DNA from: Acidobacteriota bacterium
GTDB lineage: Bacteria > Acidobacteriota > CAIWXX01
Length of the DNA stretch: 64,000 bases
Direction: 5' to 3'
NCBI GenBank assembly: GCA_040755995.1
Contig: JBFMAF010000024.1
Span: 1 to 64,000, forward strand
Below, piece after piece: positions 57,142 to 64,000 of the stretch. Under the pieces are notes generated by a model. The model was not told the origin of the DNA, searched no databases, and saw only the letters and a list, made by a program, of their open reading frames with translations. Both the position numbers and the translations under genes were made by a program. How positions within the stretch are numbered: position 1 is the first letter of the stretch; every line of letters begins with the position of its first letter.

Positions 57142-58911
57142 CTAGATCTTGTACTTCGCGACCAGTTCGTTCATCCAGTTGCACTGCTGCGAGAGGTTCT
57201 GTGCGATCTGCACAACCTGCTCGGCCGACTCCTGAGTCTCGCTCGCCGCCTGCTTGATCTCGGTCATCGCCACCGAGATCTGGCTCATCCCGATGGTCTG
57301 TTCCTTGACCGAGGCGACGATCTGCTCCGCCGAGTGCGCAGCAGCAGTGATCGTATCGAGGAGATGATGTATGACCTTGCCGGCCTGGTTCACCAGGAGC
57401 ACCCCGCGGTCCACCTCCTTACTTCCCTGTTCGGTGACCATGACCGCCGCGTTGGTGGCCTTCTGGATATCGTTCAGGATCGATCTCACCTGAGCCGTTG
57501 CTTGCTTGCTCTGTTCAGCCAGGTTGCGCACCTCGTTGGCCACCACCGCGAATCCCTTGCCGTGCTCGCCTGCGCGCGCAGCCTCGATCGACGCGTTCAA
57601 CGCCAGAAGGTTGCTCTGTTCGGCGATGTCGTTCACCGTCGAGATTATCTCGCCGATCTGCTGGGTCTGCTCGGACAGCGCCAGAATGTTCTCCGCTATG
57701 GACTCCACCTTTTCCTTTATCTGCGACATCCCTTTGATGGATTCCTCTACGGCCTCCTCGCCGCTCTTCGAGACCTCGATGACTTTCTTCGTGGAGTCCG
57801 CAACGGAGCTGGCCAGGTTGCTCGTGTGCTCGGATGTCAGCCGCACCTCATCCACCGTCGCGGAAATCTCGTTGATCGACGACGCCTGCTCGGTACCCAG
57901 CGTCGATTGTTGGGTCGTAGCTGTCAGGATCTGCGAGATGGCCGAGGTGATGCTGATGGTAGAGTTCTTCACCTGGCCTGTGATCGTCCTCAGGCTCTCG
58001 GCCATCTGGTTCAGGTTGCGGGACAGCGTCGCGAGCTCTGACTCTCCCGAGGTCGACAGGCCGGCCGTCAGCTCGCCACGCCCGATCCTTTCCGCAAACA
58101 CGATGAACTCTTCCACCTTGTGCTGCAGGTGCTCCTTCGCCTCTTTCTCGGAGTGCACCAGTTTCTCGAGCTGGTCCTTTCCGACCAGCGACTCCATGCT
58201 CTTTTGCAGGTTTTCTGCGAGACGGTTCACGCTCTGGCCGAGGACACCGACTTCATCATGCCACCTGACTTCAATGCGTCGAGTAAGGTCCCCCTGGGCC
58301 ATGGACTGCACGATGTGAGCCACCTGTTCGATGGGCTTCACGATCTGCTGGGCCATCAGATACGAGGCGCCGCCTCCGAATCCGAGGAAGACCAGAGACA
58401 TGCCGAGCAGAGACCACATGAGGCCACGCACCAGACGGTCATGGTCCGCAAAGCTGAGGATGATACGGGAGTAGCCGTAGAGCTTCCCGTCTTCCTTGGA
58501 GATGATCGGCATAGAGACATCCAAGAAGGCGTTCCCTTGGTAAGAGAACCGCTCCGGCGTAGGCTCCCCGGTCTGCGTATTGTAGGCGAGCTGCCGCTGC
58601 GAGCCGACCGAGCCGTCCCCCACTTCGCTCAACACCTCACGCTTCGGGCTCAGGAGACCCACATACGCCACGTCCAGCCCGAGGTGTTCACCCTTGATCC
58701 CGCGGATGGCCGCCTGCTGGACTTCAGGGTCGTTGTAAACCAGGCCCCGCAGCGCGAAGTTGCTCAGAATCTTCACCATCGTCACGCCCTTGGCCTCGAA
58801 CTCCTTCTGCATGGCCCCGCGCAGGATGAAATAGATGATCGTGGTGAAAATCAGCGAGATCGCGAGGATGATCGTCGAAGAACGCAGGACGAGCTTCCAG
58901 CGGATGTTCAT
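57142..58911 (-). CDS. methyl-accepting chemotaxis protein (2 TM, periplasmic domain, two HAMPs)
   Basis: [34 protein letters not shown] signalling tip; HAMP motifs. Confidence 0.95.
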   Translation of the reverse strand: MNIRWKLVLRSSTIILAISLIFTTIIYFILRGAMQKEFEAKGVTMVKILSNFALRGLVYNDPEVQQAAIRGIKGEHLGLDVAYVGLLSPKREVLSEVGDGSVGSQRQLAYNTQTGEPTPERFSYQGNAFLDVSMPIISKEDGKLYGYSRIILSFADHDRLVRGLMWSLLGMSLVFLGFGGGASYLMAQQIVKPIEQVAHIVQSMAQGDLTRRIEVRWHDEVGVLGQSVNRLAENLQKSMESLVGKDQLEKLVHSEKEAKEHLQHKVEEFIVFAERIGRGELTAGLSTSGESELATLSRNLNQMAESLRTITGQVKNSTISITSAISQILTATTQQSTLGTEQASSINEISATVDEVRLTSEHTSNLASSVADSTKKVIEVSKSGEEAVEESIKGMSQIKEKVESIAENILALSEQTQQIGEIISTVNDIAEQSNLLALNASIEAARAGEHGKGFAVVANEVRNLAEQSKQATAQVRSILNDIQKATNAAVMVTEQGSKEVDRGVLLVNQAGKVIHHLLDTITAAAHSAEQIVASVKEQTIGMSQISVAMTEIKQAASETQESAEQVVQIAQNLSQQCNWMNELVAKYKI

Positions 58912-58927
58912 CACGAGGGCCTCCAGG

Positions 58928-59482
58928 CTACGGCTGCACGACGACAGTGGCAGTATCGAGTATTGTGCGCGGTATCTCGATTCCCAAGCTCGCGGCCGCC
59001 TTCAGGTTCAGCAGCACCACGACGTTCTTCCGCTCCTCCACAACCTGCACCTCCAGTGCATAGACAGCTCCGGCCTCAACCGCAGCCCGCGAATCCCCTA
59101 TGACCGGTATCTTCTTCAGCATGCACTCGGTGATGATGTACTTCTGGTTTTCTGGCTTGGCCACGACCGGATCGGCCGTCAGCAAGATCGCTTCGGCCTT
59201 GGCCTTGTTCAGGAGATCGCGCAGGGCGCCGCCTATGTCGCCTACCTGTTTGACATTCGCATAGCGAGGCCATACCTGGTAGCTCATCGCAGCCTGGTCG
59301 ACCTCGATCTGCGACGCCTTGTTCAAATCCTGGTTCCAAAGGATCCCCAACTGCGTCTTGGCCGGGAAGACCTGCTTGAAGAAGTACACCTGCTGCCTGT
59401 AGCTCACCGAGGGGGTTTGAGAGAAGAGATGTCCCACCGACAAAATCAGCATCAATCCGGCGCTTGCGACGACCCTGGTCAT
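58928..59482 (-). CDS. periplasmic single-lobe ABC_sub_bind / YfiR-like protein
   Basis: signal peptide; KIPVIG...VEAGAV and [20 protein letters not shown]-terminal signature; 184 aa. Confidence 0.7.
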   Translation of the reverse strand: MTRVVASAGLMLILSVGHLFSQTPSVSYRQQVYFFKQVFPAKTQLGILWNQDLNKASQIEVDQAAMSYQVWPRYANVKQVGDIGGALRDLLNKAKAEAILLTADPVVAKPENQKYIITECMLKKIPVIGDSRAAVEAGAVYALEVQVVEERKNVVVLLNLKAAASLGIEIPRTILDTATVVVQP

Positions 59483-59505
59483 TGAGTCTCCTCCTTCCGA
59501 GAGCA

Positions 59506-60093
59506 TCACTCATCCTCCACAAGGAGTCTGCGGTCTGCCAGTAGTTCCTCCATATTCAAAACTGCCAGCCCATCGGCCGTCGTCCCCGAAATGTGCTCGG
59601 CCTTGATCGTGGGCAGGTTCAGCTTCACACTGTGAATGTCCGCAGGCGAATAATACGAGATCCCGATCACCTCGTCCACTAGCAATCCCAATTGCGTCTG
59701 CCCGTCCTCCACAATCAGCACGCTCTGCGAGGTCTGGCTGGCATCGTCAGGACGCACCGAGAAGAACTCGCAGAGATCCAATACAGTGTATATCATCCCG
59801 CGCACATTGACCACACCCTTGATGAACTTCGGTGTACCCGGAACGGGGGCGAACGACTCGAAAGGATGAATTTCGACCACCTTCACCAGCGGAATGGCAT
59901 ACCGCTGGTCACCCAGCCTGATGATGATCAATACGGCAGTCCGCTCTTGCGTATCCTTCTGCAGCGGTCTGGCCAGGGCGCGGGCGCGCGCCTGAAGTAT
60001 CTCCTCTATCCGCCGGGCGTCGTAGGCGGCATCCCCCTGCAACACCGCGTCAACCTTCACCAGCTGACCACGGAGTCCTTCAAACACGGGCAT
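59506..60093 (-). CDS. cheW: CheW-like coupling protein (WspD-like)
   Basis: ILQARARALA N-terminal extension, YAIPL, PVPGTP...GVVNVRG, GLLVDEV. Confidence 0.9.
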   Translation of the reverse strand: MPVFEGLRGQLVKVDAVLQGDAAYDARRIEEILQARARALARPLQKDTQERTAVLIIIRLGDQRYAIPLVKVVEIHPFESFAPVPGTPKFIKGVVNVRGMIYTVLDLCEFFSVRPDDASQTSQSVLIVEDGQTQLGLLVDEVIGISYYSPADIHSVKLNLPTIKAEHISGTTADGLAVLNMEELLADRRLLVEDE

Positions 60094-60151
60094 GCATGCC
60101 TCCACTCCCCCAGATTCTAGATTGCAGCACGGTGCAAATGCAAAAACTTCT

Positions 60152-61567
60152 TCAGCCGATCAGCCCCTTGACCGCCTCACGCATCCGCCCCACCGTCACC
60201 CCGACATCTCCTCCCAACAGCTGATCCTCCGGCAGTGACTCGATCAGCCTCGAGACGCTCTCGTGACACTTCCGGGCCTTGCGCAAATCGCCCTTTCGTC
60301 TGTACAGACACCCCAGCTGGTAAAGCGTCAACACTGAGCTCGGATCGAGAAAGAGCCCCTTTCTGGCATACTCGATCGCCTCGTCGTATTGTTCCATGGC
60401 CTCACTGATCATCGAGGACATCCTGTACGCCTCGATCTCCAACGGATCCGTCCGAAGCACCTGCTCGGTCCACCGCCTGGCGTCATCGTATCTGCCCGCG
60501 CCGGCGTAGATCTCCGCGAGCAGCAAACCCACCGCCGGCCTGGCCCGGGCCGCCTCGGGCAGCGACAGGAGGAAGTTGATGGATTCATCGCGCCTCCCTT
60601 CAGCCAACAATCCGCGCGCGGTAGCGGCTGGATCCTCGGTCGCAGCTGCCGGCTGTTGGCGCGGTGGAGGCGAAGTCGCCCGCGCGGAGGGTATCGCCTT
60701 GGAGGCCGCCGTCAGAACGCGCTCGGGTCGCTGGCAGTACACGATCCCCCTCTCGCTGATAATACGAAATCGTCTGCTCATCAGGTGCGTGGGCTCGGAA
60801 TGCCCCAGGAGAAGATAGCCGCCTTCGGCGAGCGTGTCGTGGAGTCGCCGGCTGGTCTCGCGTATGCGATCCTCGTCGAAGTAGATCAGGACGTTTCGGC
60901 AGAGGATGAGGTCCATGTCGTGGATGCCCTGGGATAGAGAGGGGTAGTCGGATGCCGTGATGTTCTGCGCGTTGAAGGAGACCATGTTGCGGACCGGCTT
61001 GATGATCTGGTACTGCGCGCCGATGGGGCGGAAATAGGACTTCAGTACGTCCGGCGGCGTCGATCGGAAGGACCACTTGCCATAGATGCCGATGCGTGCA
61101 GTCTGAAGAGAGGAGAGGTTGAGATCGGTGGCGAGCAAGAAGATCCGCCAGTCGTGGCGGTCGGGGATGGCTTCGAGCAGTGTGATCGCCAGGGAATAGG
61201 GCTCTTCGCCGGTGGAGCACCCTGCGGACCAGACTCTGAGCTGCAGGCTGCCTGAGGCCCTCTTTCGGCGTATCAACTCGGGCAGCAGGACTTGGCTCAG
61301 GAGCCTCCACTGCTCCTTGTATCGGAAAAAGTAGGTCTCTCCGACGGTCACCGCGGCGATCAGCTTCTCCTGGAGGAGAGGGCTGCTCTTTGCAGAGCGC
61401 AATGCCCGGTAGTACCCGTCGATGTCGGCGAACCCGGCCTCGATGCTCTTGCGCTTCACGATGCGCATGAGCTCCTCCCGCTTCGAGTCAGGGAATGAGA
61501 TCCCCGTGCGTTCGCGGACAAGATACTGGAATTTCCGAAAACCCTCTTCGGCGGCGAGGAGACTCAC
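60152..61567 (-). CDS. cheR: CheR methyltransferase with TPR tail (WspC/FrzF-like); start uncertain
   Basis: TVGETYFFR, WSAGCSTGEEPYSLA, CRNVLIYF, LGHSE, TPR-like C-terminus. Confidence 0.93.
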   Translation of the reverse strand: MSLLAAEEGFRKFQYLVRERTGISFPDSKREELMRIVKRKSIEAGFADIDGYYRALRSAKSSPLLQEKLIAAVTVGETYFFRYKEQWRLLSQVLLPELIRRKRASGSLQLRVWSAGCSTGEEPYSLAITLLEAIPDRHDWRIFLLATDLNLSSLQTARIGIYGKWSFRSTPPDVLKSYFRPIGAQYQIIKPVRNMVSFNAQNITASDYPSLSQGIHDMDLILCRNVLIYFDEDRIRETSRRLHDTLAEGGYLLLGHSEPTHLMSRRFRIISERGIVYCQRPERVLTAASKAIPSARATSPPPRQQPAAATEDPAATARGLLAEGRRDESINFLLSLPEAARARPAVGLLLAEIYAGAGRYDDARRWTEQVLRTDPLEIEAYRMSSMISEAMEQYDEAIEYARKGLFLDPSSVLTLYQLGCLYRRKGDLRKARKCHESVSRLIESLPEDQLLGGDVGVTVGRMREAVKGLIG

Positions 61568-61583
61568 GATGCTCCGGTACCTC

Positions 61584-62111
61584 TCAGGTTCTCTGTGAGC
61601 TGGGTTGGCCCGTGACAGGTGCCGGCAAGCCAGGTGTTGCCGTGATCTCACGCAAGTCCGGGACCCCGCTCTGAGTCAGGAGCCGTGGGAGGTCGAGGCA
61701 GAACACGATTCGGTCCTTGTGCTTCATGAGCCCCGTGACGAACGCGAGGTCCTCGTCGAACTCCCGCGGAGACTCCTTCTGGTCCGCGCTGAATTCCTCC
61801 ACTTCCGGCACTGCATCAACCACCAACCCGATCAAGTGATGGCCCGTGCGGACAACGAGGATCCGATGGTTCAGGCCGTAGTCGGACGAGGGCAACGAGA
61901 GGTAGCGACGGATGTTGAGGATCGGCAGGATGTGCCCCCGATAGTTGATGACGCCTTCCACGTGCTGATGGTGCGCAGGGGTCGGCGTCAGCGCCACCAT
62001 CCAGATAACCTCTACGATCGCGTCGGTCGAAAGCGCGTAGCGCTGGCCCGCGATGTCGAAAAGAAGGTATCTCTCGAGAATCGAGGAATCGGCGGTCTCG
62101 GGATCGCTCAT
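61584..62111 (-). CDS. cheW: CheW-like coupling protein (WspB-like)
   Basis: YAL....VEV, GVINYRG.ILP, GLVVDAV. Confidence 0.9.
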   Translation of the reverse strand: MSDPETADSSILERYLLFDIAGQRYALSTDAIVEVIWMVALTPTPAHHQHVEGVINYRGHILPILNIRRYLSLPSSDYGLNHRILVVRTGHHLIGLVVDAVPEVEEFSADQKESPREFDEDLAFVTGLMKHKDRIVFCLDLPRLLTQSGVPDLREITATPGLPAPVTGQPSSQRT

Positions 62112-62137
62112 TGTTGATGCCGCTGTTAGGCGCACAG

Positions 62138-62166
62138 ATATTAGTCGCCGCCTCCGCCAGTGTCAA
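62138..62166 (-). promoter_or_regulatory. sigma70-type promoter of the chemosensory operon
   Basis: TTGACA-17 nt-TAATAT on the minus strand, 26 nt upstream of the cheW ATG. Confidence 0.65.
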
Positions 62167-62207
62167 TGTACACGCCCCCGCCTCCCCGCCCCCGCCTCAC
62201 CCGCGGT

Positions 62208-62236
62208 TTGACTACGCGCGGGCTTCGTGCTAAAAA
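62208..62236 (+). promoter_or_regulatory. putative tRNA promoter
   Basis: TTGACT-17 nt-TAAAAA, 14 nt before the tRNA. Confidence 0.45.
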
Positions 62237-62250
62237 TCCCCTTCGCGAGT

Positions 62251-62326
<76 letters not shown>

Positions 62327-62473
62327 ACATTTGCGTGCCGCGGGCGTGATTCTGCACGCGGTCAACTCGTGCTTGCCGGCCAAGACACAGGATTTGCTAC
62401 GGACGTAGTAATTCATCGGGCTCGAACGCCGCACGCCGATCGCCCCGTCTGCGATGGCTCGGGTCGCCTGGCC

Positions 62474-63397
62474 GTGGAACAGGACGGCGTCTCCTGTCCT
62501 CCGAGATGCAGCTCCGATACGCCGGCTGCGAGGTCCGGGCATCGGGGATGTCGATGGTTCGCTCTGTTGTCCGCGTTCTGCGTGGCGCTGCTGCCTCAGG
62601 CTCGCTGCGCGAGCGCCGATGAGCGATCGGGAGAAGACGACATGCCTCGGTTCGTCCTGCGACTGGGTGTGTCCTGGACCTACGCACAGGGGCGGATCGC
62701 CGCCGGCGAGAACCTCTACCAGGTCGTGCCCGGGCCATACATCGACCTCGATGAGGACCTGGCGATCAACAGCGGATCATTCTCGGATCACCTTCTGTAC
62801 GAGGTGGAGGCCGATTGGACATTTCTCTCGCAAAACCGGCTCGGGGTGAGGTTGTGGGAAGGGAAGATGCGGTCGGAGGCGACGATGAAGCGCGATTTCC
62901 ACTATGACGACCTTGATTTTTCCGCCGGACAGCACGTGCCTACGCTCTTGCATACGGCGCAACTGGACATCCTTTACGATCGGCGGATCGTGGAGCGGGC
63001 CGGGGTCACTGTGTGGGGCGGCGCAGGAATTCGATATTCCTACTTCAACACCGGGCCCGACCTCTTGGGGAGCCGTGAGGATACCTACGCGCTGATGCCT
63101 GCCCTGCATGCCGAGGTGTGGGTGCCGCTGCGCGGGAATCTGCGCTGGGATAGCGACGTGACTGCATGCTTCTTCGCGCTCGGCGGCCTGCTCGAACAAC
63201 CCGCTGACGGCAGCTCCTACAGCATCGCTTCGCGAATCGGCTGGCGGTTCCACAGCCGCATGGGCCTCGATGCCGGCCTGCGGTATCTGAATGCCAGGCA
63301 GAGATACGCGGGCGAAGAGCCCGATCATGACTTCGGCGACAATCGTGTGGAAGCCCAGTTCCTCTCGCCGATCATCCAATTCGTGGTGTTCCTCTAG
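62474..63397 (+). CDS. hypothetical outer-membrane beta-barrel-like protein; start uncertain
   Basis: signal-like segment, alternating aromatic/hydrophobic strands (WGGAGIRY, IGWRF, AGLRYL); the listed ORF start overlaps the tRNA so was moved downstream. Confidence 0.6.
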   Translation: MEQDGVSCPPRCSSDTPAARSGHRGCRWFALLSAFCVALLPQARCASADERSGEDDMPRFVLRLGVSWTYAQGRIAAGENLYQVVPGPYIDLDEDLAINSGSFSDHLLYEVEADWTFLSQNRLGVRLWEGKMRSEATMKRDFHYDDLDFSAGQHVPTLLHTAQLDILYDRRIVERAGVTVWGGAGIRYSYFNTGPDLLGSREDTYALMPALHAEVWVPLRGNLRWDSDVTACFFALGGLLEQPADGSSYSIASRIGWRFHSRMGLDAGLRYLNARQRYAGEEPDHDFGDNRVEAQFLSPIIQFVVFL

Positions 63398-63418
63398 CCA
63401 CTAGGGAGTCTCAGACCG

Positions 63419-64000
63419 ATGAACCATGACCAGCTCCTCCGTACCCAGGCCGAAGGCCGGAACCTGCGCCCGTACGCGCGCCCGCTCGGAATCGGGATGA
63501 TGCTCGCCAGAACTGCGGCAATGATGGGCCGGCTATTTGCCCTGGCCGTTCTCCTCTCGCCGGCGCTCGTTGCACAGACGAGCTCGGAAACCCCCGTCGT
63601 CGTCGTTTCGATCGACGGATTGAAACCAGACTGCGTGCTGGAGGCGACCAAGTACGGCTTGAGGATCCCGAATCTCAGGCGGTTCTTGACCGAGGGAGCT
63701 TATGCATCAGGTGTGGCGGGTGTTCTACCGAGCTCCACCTTCCCAAGCCACACTACTCTGATGACAGGTGTATCCCCCGCGAAACACGGGATCTACGCCA
63801 ACAGGCCATTCGATCCCTTCGGCAAAAACATGGGCGGGTCGTGCTTCTACGCCGAAGACATCAGAGTGCCGGCGCTGTGGGACGCCGCCGCCAGGAAAGG
63901 ACTGACCACGGGCGCCGTCCACTGGCCCGTCACCGTCGGTGCCGACATCACCTGCAACATCCCGGCCTACTGGCGCACTGGCACCGAGGACGATATCAAG
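63419..64000 (+). CDS. ectonucleotide pyrophosphatase/phosphodiesterase (alkaline phosphatase superfamily), runs off window
   Basis: manual translation: VVVVSIDGLKPD...PSSTFPSHTTLMTGVSPAKHGIYAN...LWDAA...VHWPVTVG. Confidence 0.88.
   Translation, partial: MNHDQLLRTQAEGRNLRPYARPLGIGMMLARTAAMMGRLFALAVLLSPALVAQTSSETPVVVVSIDGLKPDCVLEATKYGLRIPNLRRFLTEGAYASGVAGVLPSSTFPSHTTLMTGVSPAKHGIYANRPFDPFGKNMGGSCFYAEDIRVPALWDAAARKGLTTGAVHWPVTVGADITCNIPAYWRTGTEDDIK

Overview
GC-rich bacterial window; the TonB, OmpA, DUF6600-like and PD40 protein types suggest an Acidobacteriota-like organism (inference only). Left to right: (1) a truncated rve-type transposase and a 130-bp MITE-like element; (2) a compact minus-strand biosynthetic cluster made of a single-module fully reducing type I PKS (KS-AT-DH-ER-KR-ACP), a hybrid KS-AT*-C-A(Thr)-T-E-C enzyme with no ACP and an atypical AT, a 20-codon remnant resembling the NRPS C-terminal tail, and an AsnB-type amidotransferase, preceded by an exported alpha/beta hydrolase; (3) a heavily broken region (about 22-40 kb) with MacA/MacB remnants, three radical SAM genes (all disrupted), a GT2, O-antigen-ligase-like membrane proteins, OmpA and DUF6600-like fragments, and secreted BNR and FG-GAP repeat proteins; (4) ordinary metabolic, transport and regulatory genes; (5) a complete Wsp/Frz-like chemosensory operon ending in a REC-GGDEF cyclase, with an extra YfiR-like periplasmic gene next to the MCP; (6) tRNA-Lys(CTT), a putative beta-barrel protein and a partial nucleotide pyrophosphatase. 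The best candidates for an undescribed system are the ACP-less PKS/NRPS-AsnB cluster and the YfiR-like/MCP-gated Wsp pathway. The many abrupt gene-fragment junctions may be real decay or assembly chimeras. All family calls come from motif recognition by eye; no searches were run.
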